From the IMG/VR virus record IMGVR_UViG_2920343190_000001: a stretch of 64,000 nucleotides of DNA; one strand, given 5' to 3'. The notes beneath the pieces are model-generated. The model saw only the letters and a program-made list of their open reading frames with translations. It had not been told where the DNA came from and ran no database searches. The position numbers were made by a program, and so were the translations under genes. Shown here piece after piece: positions 49,587 through 58,476 of the stretch (its first letter is position 1; each line of letters starts with the position of its first letter). The stretch is from a virus.

Positions 49587-50358
49587 AGAGGAGGTAATGA
49601 TGAATAGAAATGAAAAACTTCTAGCTGTTGAAGCTAGAATAAATCTTGGAATAGGTTTATTGGATCCGATAGAAAGTATAGAGAACTTAATTTTTAAAAA
49701 AACTGGAATTTCAATTATAAAAAAAAGAATTCCAGTCGATATATCTGGAATTTGTAGTAGAATTTCAGATGGAATTATGGCGATTTTGGTAAATACAAGC
49801 TTTAGTATAGGAAGACAAAATTTTACAATAGCTCATGAATACTATCACTTGATGTACGACAAAGATTTGGATAAATATGAAAAAGAAAAAGAAGCTAGAG
49901 CTAATACATTCGCATCATACTTTATAATGCCTGAAGCAGCGCTTGATTATTATTTAGAAAAAAAGAAAATATCTAGAAAAAAAGATAGTTTAACTCCAGA
50001 TGATGTGATAGAAATTTCTGCACATTTTAAAATGAGTTATTTGGCTACAATTGTACGTCTAGAAAAAAATGAAAAATTGCTATCAAAAGAAAAAGCTAAT
50101 GAATATATAGGATTAAATGCAAAAGAGTTAGCCGTTTCTAATGGAATATTTACTGATTTATATGATGTTACAGAAGAAGAATTTAGTGCAAAAACAGATT
50201 ATGTTGAAGAGGTAAAAAAAGCATTAGAAAATGAAAAAATAACAGTTGGGAAATATGAGGCTTTACTTTTAGAAGGAGGATTTGAAGATGTTGTTTTTGG
50301 TTTAGATGAAAATGATTATGGGGTGGTAGTTGATGGAAGAATCGAAGATTATATGTGA
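49579..50358 (+). CDS. ImmA/IrrE (DUF955/COG2856) zinc metallopeptidase
   Basis: RQNFTIAHEYYH, E..ANTFASYFIMP. Confidence 0.92.
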   Translation: MNEEEVMMNRNEKLLAVEARINLGIGLLDPIESIENLIFKKTGISIIKKRIPVDISGICSRISDGIMAILVNTSFSIGRQNFTIAHEYYHLMYDKDLDKYEKEKEARANTFASYFIMPEAALDYYLEKKKISRKKDSLTPDDVIEISAHFKMSYLATIVRLEKNEKLLSKEKANEYIGLNAKELAVSNGIFTDLYDVTEEEFSAKTDYVEEVKKALENEKITVGKYEALLLEGGFEDVVFGLDENDYGVVVDGRIEDYM

Positions 50359-50902
50359 TAATGATTTTTTATCTTCTTTTCTATGGGTGGGGGAAGAACA
50401 GTTATTGGTAGCAATGTATGGAAAAAGAATGCATGTACCCGATGCAGTAAGAGTAGAATTTGAAGCATTAAAAGGAACAAGACTAGGAAATCACGTATAT
50501 AACAAATTCAATGAAATGATTGATAATGGTCATTTAAAAATTCTTACAATAAATGTTGATTCAGAAGAAGCTAAATTAATGGAAAAAATAAGGAAAGATT
50601 TTAGAGGGCAATTTAGAAAAGAAATAGGTGAAGGAGAATTACAAATGGTAGCATTAGCAATTCATCAAAAAGCTATTTTCACTGTAAATACTGCCAGTAA
50701 TAACTTAAGTGATATTGCATATTTTGTACAACAAGATGAGATAAAAAATATAACAACAATGGAAGTTCTTTGTAATGCTTATGAAAATAAATTGAAAGAT
50801 TTTCCAGAATTAGAAGTAATAAAAAAAGAAATGATAAAAAGAAAAAGGAGGCTTCCTTCAATGGATGTTAAGGAATATCATGGAAACATGTACAAAAAAT
50901 AA
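50330..50902 (+). CDS. PIN-like domain protein, candidate toxin
   Basis: N-terminal ICDNDFL, VP..V..E, IGEGE...ALA motifs. Confidence 0.65.
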   Translation: MMEESKIICDNDFLSSFLWVGEEQLLVAMYGKRMHVPDAVRVEFEALKGTRLGNHVYNKFNEMIDNGHLKILTINVDSEEAKLMEKIRKDFRGQFRKEIGEGELQMVALAIHQKAIFTVNTASNNLSDIAYFVQQDEIKNITTMEVLCNAYENKLKDFPELEVIKKEMIKRKRRLPSMDVKEYHGNMYKK

Positions 50903-51129
50903 AAATAGCCCTCAACTAAAAGGACGTTATAGAAATCCCAGCAAAATGCTGTTTACATAAATTGATTTAATAATATATTTAAATTTGCCGATTTACATAT
51001 ATTATTATGGATAGTATAAATTTGCCGATTTATACCTTTTTATTTTTATGGAATATAGTATTATGATTTTTAACTAGTATTATAATACCATATTCTCATT
51101 TATTTGGCAAGACGCCGAAGGAGAATTTA

Positions 51130-51489
51130 TTGAATAAATATAAAAATGTTGTTACAAAATTAGAGAGCAAATCACTAGAAGAAATAATTATATTTTTAAG
51201 AAGTTACAGTTCTAAATTGGGGAAAAAAGAAGAGCATTGTAGAGATTTAATGGATAAAGAAAAAAATCTAGCATTTATTTCATCCGTGTTAGCTTCTGGA
51301 TTAACAGTGATAAATAATATTACATACCATCCTACTATGTCTGAAGACATATATCTTAAAGCTATGAATATAATAGGATATACTAAAAATAACAGAAATC
51401 ATAATTATACTACTGATGAAATAATGTTTACATTAGGTTATATAGCTTTATATTATAAAAAAACTACAGATTATAGAAGTGTGGGATAA
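51130..51489 (+). CDS. Hypothetical protein (second pass, intact)
   Basis: 119-aa ORF with GGAG RBS. Confidence 0.7.
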   Translation: MNKYKNVVTKLESKSLEEIIIFLRSYSSKLGKKEEHCRDLMDKEKNLAFISSVLASGLTVINNITYHPTMSEDIYLKAMNIIGYTKNNRNHNYTTDEIMFTLGYIALYYKKTTDYRSVG

Positions 51490-51700
51490 AAAATTTAGCG
51501 GACGTTAGTCCGCTTTTTTATTTTTTGAATTTTAAATTTATTGAAAACTGTAAAATAAGGTAGACCCTATTTTGCTCATATCAAACAAACATAGTTGTTA
51601 TGTAAACTAACTTTGTAATTTGTATAAATTTACTCTTTGTAACTTAAGTCATTGACTATTTATTACAAAAAATGTAAAATGAAAATAAAAAGGAGAAAAT

Positions 51701-52255
51701 GTGAAAGTTGGATATGCAAGAGTTTCAACAATAGATCAAAATGAAGAAAGACAAATTAGATCGCTTCAAGAAAATGGAGCCGAAGAAATTTTTATAGATA
51801 AAAAATCTGGAAAAAATACAGATAGAATAAAACTTAAAGAAATGCTTAATTTTATAAGAAAAGGAGATGTCGTAATTGTATCTGAATTTTCTAGATTGGC
51901 TAGGAATACAAAAGATTTATTAGAAATAACAGAATCTATAACAGCTAAAGGAGCAACTTTTAAAAGTTTGAAAGAAAGTATAGATACATCTTCACCTGCT
52001 GGCAAACTTATGTTGACAGTGATTGGTGGGATAGCTACATTTGAGAGAGAGATTCTTTTGGAGAGACAGCGAGAAGGAATTGCTATAGCAAAAGAGAAAG
52101 GTAAATATAAAAAACCTAAAAAAGAGATACCAAAAGATTTAAAAGAAACAATGATAAATTTTGAATTTAAAAAAGTAAAGGTAGCAAAATTTTATAATAT
52201 TTCAAGACCAACATTAGACAAATGGTTAAACTTACAAAAAAAAGAGGTTGATTAA
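51701..52255 (+). CDS. Serine resolvase (second pass)
   Basis: Identical to 4048-4602. Confidence 0.95.
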   Translation: MKVGYARVSTIDQNEERQIRSLQENGAEEIFIDKKSGKNTDRIKLKEMLNFIRKGDVVIVSEFSRLARNTKDLLEITESITAKGATFKSLKESIDTSSPAGKLMLTVIGGIATFEREILLERQREGIAIAKEKGKYKKPKKEIPKDLKETMINFEFKKVKVAKFYNISRPTLDKWLNLQKKEVD

Positions 52256-52457
52256 TATGGAAGAGATTCAATATAGAATTTTGTTACTAGAAAATAAAGG
52301 TACGATAATATTTGAAAAAATAGTAAATTCTTTACAGGATGAAGATATAATAGTAGAGGAGTTAATAGACAAATTAAACAAAAATAGAGAAGTAAAAGTA
52401 TTTGAAAAAATAAACAATGAATGGAAATTAAGACGAGTACTTAGTTTAAAGAAATAA
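52248..52457 (+). CDS. Hypothetical protein (second pass)
   Basis: Identical to 4595-4804. Confidence 0.6.
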   Translation: MINMEEIQYRILLLENKGTIIFEKIVNSLQDEDIIVEELIDKLNKNREVKVFEKINNEWKLRRVLSLKK

Positions 52458-52542
52458 ATTAAAAACAAAACTATTGCAGATGGAGCTTTTGATATATTAC
52501 AGTATATATCTAGTAACTAGATACATAAAAGGAGAGTTGAAT

Positions 52543-52704
52543 ATGTCTAAAAGATTAAAATGTGATGTGAGTTTTGGAGATAGTTTATTGTTTATATTAG
52601 GTTGGACATTATTGATTATAATAACGTTTGGATTAGCTTCACCATTCTTTATATTTTCACTAATAAAGTTCATGATTAATAAAACAACTATTGAGGAAAT
52701 GTAA
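52543..52704 (+). CDS. DUF898/DUF6693-like small membrane protein (second pass, intact)
   Basis: MSKRLKCDVSFG...NKTTIEEM. Confidence 0.55.
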   Translation: MSKRLKCDVSFGDSLLFILGWTLLIIITFGLASPFFIFSLIKFMINKTTIEEM

Positions 52705-52763
52705 TAAGGAAGGGTCAACAAAAGAGGAATTCAAACTTCTTTTGTTGGCCCTATTAATTTCAT

Positions 52764-53042
52764 TTATAATTTAAAAAAGTATTTTGCAAATATAATTGTA
52801 GCTATTACAACCTTATAATCTTTATTATTAATATCTTCTATAACCTCTTTTACAAATGCTATTAATAGGATAGAACCTAACATTCCTAGGAAGATTGAAA
52901 AGATACTTATTATTACCAGTATTTCTTTCAAGTTACTTTCTTTAAGAATATAAAAAAAACTAATTACAACTAGAATAATTGAAACCATCCAATGTAATAA
53001 AAATTTTTTAAAAGTTAATTTACCTATCTGAAATTTTATCAT
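52764..53042 (-). CDS. Membrane protein (second pass)
   Basis: Copy of 5110-5388. Confidence 0.55.
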   Translation of the reverse strand: MIKFQIGKLTFKKFLLHWMVSIILVVISFFYILKESNLKEILVIISIFSIFLGMLGSILLIAFVKEVIEDINNKDYKVVIATIIFAKYFFKL

Positions 53043-53337
53043 ATACTGACTGCCCTGCTCCTATCGTATTCATTATATCATTTATAAATAAATTTATATT
53101 AATTTTTTTCTGATCCTTTTCTGATCCTTCATATTTAGTCCCGTTATTTCCACTTTTAAATATTACTTTTACTATGTTTTTTTAGCCGGGCTTGATACTG
53201 CTTAAATATTTTAATCTGTAATAATTATATTTTGTGAAACTAAAAAAGAGGATTAAAAAAATCCTCTTCGACATTGGCTATATATTTATTGTAAATATTT
53301 TTACAAGGACCTTAAAATTGATATTAGGATCCCAAAA

Positions 53338-53896
53338 TTATAGATTCCACTATGATCAGATTAAAATGTTAAAACTTTTGAGGAGAATTTATGCTAACTA
53401 AAAAATTTAGATTCCACTATGGTCAGATTAAAATTGAAATTATCTCAGTGAATTTCCACCTATTTCGCATATTTAGATTCCACTATGGTCAGATTAAAAT
53501 TGTAGAAATAGCTAAGGCTGTTACATCATTTGTTATTTAGATTCCACTATGGTCAGATTAAAATGATATTTCAGAGGAGAGACAACGCGTATATCTGACA
53601 AATTTAGATTCCACTATGGTCAGATTAAAATTTAAACGATTGAATATATGCTCCCATATCGTGGTATTTAGATTCCACTATGGTCAGATTAAAATCTATA
53701 AATTATGTAAGAGATAGAATCATAATACTTCTATTTAGATTCCACTATGGTCAGATTAAAATGACATAGCCCAAGGTTTAGATTATGAATTTTTACTTGA
53801 ATTTAGATTCCACTATGGTCAGATTAAAATTAAATATTCTCCTGCGGATATTATGAAGATAATCAAATTTAGATTCCACTATGGTCAGATTAAAAT
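53338..53896 (-). CRISPR. CRISPR array (second pass)
   Basis: Same 9 repeats and 8 spacers as 5684-6242. Confidence 0.97.
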
Positions 53897-54318
53897 GGGT
53901 GCTTCTATTTATCTATGATTATATTAGCATAGAAGCCCCCTTTTTGTCGATATATAATATTTTAAACAGATTATCAACATTTTTTAGTTGTTATTTTCAT
54001 GAAAGTATTAAATATAGGCTATTATAGGGTCCTGTCGATGACGGGCACTTTTGTCGTTATCTAAGGTCGACAGGACTTTATTTATAGATATAATGATTTT
54101 AAGTTCAAAATCATTATGGATATGTTGTTGAATGTAAAGTTGAATATAGGAAATAAAAATCACCATAGTACACTATTATGAGTTGTATAAATATCGTTAG
54201 TTGAATTTAGATTATTAATAGAGTATAAATATACCGATATAAATATAAACAGTAGAGAGGAATTAGTAGAAGAAGAGAATTTTTTGACATTTTATTTATA
54301 TCCAAATAGGAGGAAGAT

Positions 54319-54468
54319 ATGAAATTAACATTTTTTGTAGCTTTAGCATTTATATTATTATTAACTGGCTGTAATAACAAAGAGACACGTAATTACAAAG
54401 TGAAAACAATAACAGCCGTTAATGATGGAAAAGAAGTTTATAGAAGTAGAGAAATTATAGAATTTTAA
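54319..54468 (+). CDS. Small lipoprotein (second pass)
   Basis: LTGC lipobox. Confidence 0.8.
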   Translation: MKLTFFVALAFILLLTGCNNKETRNYKVKTITAVNDGKEVYRSREIIEF

Positions 54469-54645
54469 ATTAAAAAGGGGATTATTAGTCCTATTTTTTC
54501 ATTGCCTATATATATTTGGTTGAAAATATTTTTGCAAAGACCTTAAAATCGATTTTACGACCCCAAAATTATTGTTTAAAATTTATATTGCCGATTCTAT
54601 ATTTTTTTAGATAAAATATAGAAAAACAAACTTAGGAGTCTCGGT

Positions 54646-55761
54646 ATGAAAAATAAGACTATTGAAATTTATAATTATGAAGATGAGACCGCAAAAACAC
54701 AAATAACAATCAATTCACTTTTTAAAAATGATACAATTTTATTTGAACAAATAGATATAGAAGATATTAAGATATTTTTAAAGCATGGAATTTTTGCTAT
54801 AAAAGGATATATTCGACACGGGGATGATATAAACGGTGAAAATATATTAAAATTAAATAAATGGTGCAGAACGAATGGGGATAAAATAGAATGGTTAAAA
54901 AGAATTAATATAAAAATTGTCAGAAGCGGCTATGTCATTAGAGAATATGTATTTAATGGATTTGTAGCTGATTATATAGAGTTTTTTAATAAGGGAAAAC
55001 ATATGTTCTATGTAGTTATAAGACAATATAAATTACAACCTTTAGATGGCAGAGGAGAAACAGGAGCCGATAGTTTAAGTTCTTATGTTGGAAATATTGA
55101 AATTAAAGATGTATCTAACGAATTAATTATTTTACCTATGGACTGGAGTAAAACTCTAATGAGTACCAGTAACTTAGCGGCAACAATTGGAATTAGTCAA
55201 ACTATAAAACATAATCCTCTATCAGTATCGTTTATACTGATAGCACATACGACAGGGATGATAACTGAATTTGTAGCAGATGTTTATTTTGTAGCTAAAG
55301 GCACCCCAGATAAGATGGGAAGTTTTAATATAACTAGAGATTGGTTTTATAAGCCTCTAGGGAATATTATAAAAGATTGGATTGAATATAGAAATCCATC
55401 TATAGAAATAAGCAATAATTTAGGAGAAGATATATATAACATTGGAAATCTTGCATTTTCTATTTTTGATTTAGGTGGAAAAGTTATAAACGGATATAAA
55501 GCATTAAAAAATATAAAAGGCGAAGGAATTTTATTTACGATTAAAATAAAAAATGTAAAAGTTAGTCGTTTTGGTAGAGAGTTGCAACCAACAAAATATA
55601 TAGGATTAACACCATTGAAATCAACAGTGCAATTTACTAAAGATATGGGGCTTGATATATATGCAACAAAAGAGGGATTCAAATCTGAATTAGAAAAAAG
55701 AGAAAAAATCTATCCTACAATAAATAATATAATAATGCCGAAAAATACAGATATAAAGTAA
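54646..55761 (+). CDS. Hcp/TssD-like domain fusion, candidate effector (intact, 371 aa)
   Basis: See 6993-8107. Confidence 0.62.
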   Translation: MKNKTIEIYNYEDETAKTQITINSLFKNDTILFEQIDIEDIKIFLKHGIFAIKGYIRHGDDINGENILKLNKWCRTNGDKIEWLKRINIKIVRSGYVIREYVFNGFVADYIEFFNKGKHMFYVVIRQYKLQPLDGRGETGADSLSSYVGNIEIKDVSNELIILPMDWSKTLMSTSNLAATIGISQTIKHNPLSVSFILIAHTTGMITEFVADVYFVAKGTPDKMGSFNITRDWFYKPLGNIIKDWIEYRNPSIEISNNLGEDIYNIGNLAFSIFDLGGKVINGYKALKNIKGEGILFTIKIKNVKVSRFGRELQPTKYIGLTPLKSTVQFTKDMGLDIYATKEGFKSELEKREKIYPTINNIIMPKNTDIK

Positions 55762-55768
55762 GGGGGAT

Positions 55769-56065
55769 TTGATGAAAATTGATTTCAAAAAAATATTTAT
55801 AAAATACATTATACCAGCTTTCCTTTTAGTTTTAGGATTTGTTGTATATACATATTTAACAACTGGCTATATGGCTCCATTTTCAACACCAGATATAGGA
55901 TTATTTTTTGTAGCTTTATTATTTATGTTTGCATTTTGGGCTTTACTAGATTATTTTCAACATGTTACAGGTATATTGATGGCTGAAACATGGGTAAGTA
56001 GAATAATTTTTATTATAGTAGCTTTAGGGTTATTTTATATCTATAGAATCAACGGAAGAATATAA
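55769..56065 (+). CDS. 3-TM candidate immunity protein (second pass)
   Basis: Identical to 8115-8411. Confidence 0.6.
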   Translation: MMKIDFKKIFIKYIIPAFLLVLGFVVYTYLTTGYMAPFSTPDIGLFFVALLFMFAFWALLDYFQHVTGILMAETWVSRIIFIIVALGLFYIYRINGRI

Positions 56066-56134
56066 ATAATAATTGTAAATTTTCATAATATAAAAAGGCT
56101 CCTCAGTTTTATTTTGAGGAGCCTTTTATTTTTT

Positions 56135-56581
56135 TTAAGGTTTAAAAATATATATTCCATTTTTGTCTGTGTGTATATCATCTACATGGATATATCCTTT
56201 TTTTAGAGTCACTTCTGGATCCTCGATTCTTGTAATCATATAATACTTTTCTTGATTGTTAATAATTTTCTCGTAAACCTTTTTTATATCCATTCCAGGA
56301 ACTTCAAAGTCTACACCTCTCCCCAGTACATGGGCACTTAAATATAATTTGTTTGATTTTACTTTATCTATTACAATGCTATCTAAAGTTGTTCTAAGCC
56401 CTCTTTGTGTTATCCCATGACTTGGTCTATTAACTAATACAGGAACCCCTAAATCTTCTCTTAAGGTATCCAGGAACAACCAGATATTGTCGCTTATATA
56501 TTTCCTAGCATCGTCTCCAAGTTTTTCATATACTTGTGGAGATACTAATTCTTTAACTTTAAAATATTTACTTTTGTACAT
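56135..56581 (-). CDS. M15 endolysin (second pass)
   Basis: Identical to 8481-8927. Confidence 0.85.
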   Translation of the reverse strand: MYKSKYFKVKELVSPQVYEKLGDDARKYISDNIWLFLDTLREDLGVPVLVNRPSHGITQRGLRTTLDSIVIDKVKSNKLYLSAHVLGRGVDFEVPGMDIKKVYEKIINNQEKYYMITRIEDPEVTLKKGYIHVDDIHTDKNGIYIFKP

Positions 56582-56583
56582 AC

Positions 56584-57027
56584 CTAATCTCCTTCTACAC
56601 TTTCTTTATGTTTTACTGAAGCTAAAATATTTTTAATTGGAGTAGGGATAGGAAAACCTAGATTTTCTAAGTTTTCCAAGATTGAAATACCCTCCATTAT
56701 GATGCACGCATTTATTAACATTTCTCTCAGGGAAAATCCGAGGTCTTTTAATGCTCCTGATTTGTCAATTTGATACATTACAGTTATTGCAATATATATT
56801 GAAGGTTTCTTAAAAATAAATCCTTTATACATGGTATGAGAGAAAACATTTCCATTTTTAACTCCTTTTAAAATACCCGTTATGACATCTAACACTGTTA
56901 GAATAAACAGAGATTCTAAAGCGTTATCAAAACCTCCTATAAGCGGAATAATAAAGCCTAAACAAAGGTATTTAAAAAGGTTCACCGTGTCTATTATTAA
57001 ATTTTCTAGTATATTTTTCATCATCAT
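56584..57027 (-). CDS. Holin (second pass, intact)
   Basis: Holin_4 motifs. Confidence 0.85.
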   Translation of the reverse strand: MMMKNILENLIIDTVNLFKYLCLGFIIPLIGGFDNALESLFILTVLDVITGILKGVKNGNVFSHTMYKGFIFKKPSIYIAITVMYQIDKSGALKDLGFSLREMLINACIIMEGISILENLENLGFPIPTPIKNILASVKHKESVEGD

Positions 57028-57032
57028 CAGCT

Positions 57033-57278
57033 CTATGATAAAATATAATTAATTAATTTTTCATTTAAATCATAAATCCAGGAATCAATATTGAAGATTT
57101 GTGGAAAAACGGAGTTAAGGATACAAACAATTAAAACTATTAAAGAAATTAGAGAAATAACAGGGGCATATTCTTTATGTTTTGACTGTTTAAAATCTTG
57201 GTCTTTTTCTGCATTTTTAGTAGTCTTGTCAAAAATTGTTAAAACTCTTTCAATTATTGTTGCAATTGGAAATTTCAT
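57033..57278 (-). CDS. Small membrane protein (second pass)
   Basis: Identical to 9380-9625. Confidence 0.55.
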   Translation of the reverse strand: MKFPIATIIERVLTIFDKTTKNAEKDQDFKQSKHKEYAPVISLISLIVLIVCILNSVFPQIFNIDSWIYDLNEKLINYILS

Positions 57279-57295
57279 TATAGGCTCCTTTTTCT

Positions 57296-57940
57296 CTAAT
57301 CATAAGTTGTTACACATATTCCATGAACTCTTTGATATCTATGCTTTCCACCATCAACGTGAGCTTGATAGTCTCCAGTTGACAGGTAGATACTAATGTA
57401 CAAGTCATAAATGTTAAGACTATAATCATTTATGATATCTGAAAGATTTTTGTTGTATATTGTTCCTGCTTCAAATCCACTTGCACCATCTCCGCCATTT
57501 GTTTGATCTCTCCAGATCTCTTTGCTGAATACTCTATTCCCATTAGAAAATGCTTCTAAAACTACATATCCCTTTGCTATTCTGTCTCCATCATTTCGAT
57601 GTGATCTTCTATCAGAAACAGTTACATCTATTTTTAATTTAGATAAACTGGCAGCTCTTGAAGGGATTAAAAAGCTATCCACTCTATAGACTCTTGAGCT
57701 ATCTCTTGGATTATGTGTTTTAGCGCATATTGTGATAGTGTCAGTTTTGTTGAATTTTTCTCTTATATAAAATACTTTTCCATTCTTTTTGAATTCTAAT
57801 GTTGGTTTTCCATTTGTAAGTGCTATATTATCTGTTAAATCAAACCTATCTCCATTTATAGATAATTGATTTTTAGCACCATAATTTCTTCCTTCTATTT
57901 GTCTTATTATCCCATCTTTTTTTAATTGAAGTTTAGGCAT
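57296..57940 (-). CDS. Tail-associated protein (second pass)
   Basis: Identical to 9643-10287. Confidence 0.45.
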   Translation of the reverse strand: MPKLQLKKDGIIRQIEGRNYGAKNQLSINGDRFDLTDNIALTNGKPTLEFKKNGKVFYIREKFNKTDTITICAKTHNPRDSSRVYRVDSFLIPSRAASLSKLKIDVTVSDRRSHRNDGDRIAKGYVVLEAFSNGNRVFSKEIWRDQTNGGDGASGFEAGTIYNKNLSDIINDYSLNIYDLYISIYLSTGDYQAHVDGGKHRYQRVHGICVTTYD

Positions 57941-58347
57941 TACTCAATCACCCTGATTTCATATCCATTTAAATTTAGAACCATTTCCCCAGATTTACCG
58001 AATTTATCTTTTATTTTATCAACTTCAACTTTATCTTCTTTAGACATATGACCGTCTTTAGAAGAAGTGGCAATAGTGCCTTTATGTGTATTAAATAAGC
58101 TAGTTAAATTAGTTAAGTTATTTATACAATTTGTAACTATTTGTAAAAATATAGTTTGCTTAACTTCTGCAAATAAACCATTATTTAAAGGTATTGATGT
58201 AGATGTATTTTTTATGTTATAAAAATACCCAGTTTCTGCGACTTTTATAATATTCCCATTTTGTAAAGTTTGATTATTTTTCATTGATTCTACAGTACAT
58301 TCTCTTTTAAATCCTTTTCTGTCCAAAAACTTTTCTTTTGAGTTCAA
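57940..58347 (-). CDS. Tail-fibre-associated protein (second pass)
   Basis: Identical to 10287-10694. Confidence 0.5.
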   Translation of the reverse strand: MNSKEKFLDRKGFKRECTVESMKNNQTLQNGNIIKVAETGYFYNIKNTSTSIPLNNGLFAEVKQTIFLQIVTNCINNLTNLTSLFNTHKGTIATSSKDGHMSKEDKVEVDKIKDKFGKSGEMVLNLNGYEIRVIE

Positions 58348-58476
58348 TTGATCCTCCTTTCTTACCTTTTGAAGTCTGCTTCAATTTTGGTCATTTTTTT
58401 AATTTTGTCTTTCTCTCCAGTTATGTGTAAAAATATTTTTACACTATTCCAAATAACTTTTGTTATAGTAATAAAT

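Larger units (their letters stand above)
3329..50980. mobile_element. Complete circular/concatemeric temperate myovirus-like phage-plasmid, about 47.65 kb
   Basis: Full head, tail and lysis modules plus iteron/Rep_3/ParA plasmid module and resolvase. The end of the unit joins directly to its own start. No integrase recognised. Confidence 0.9.
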
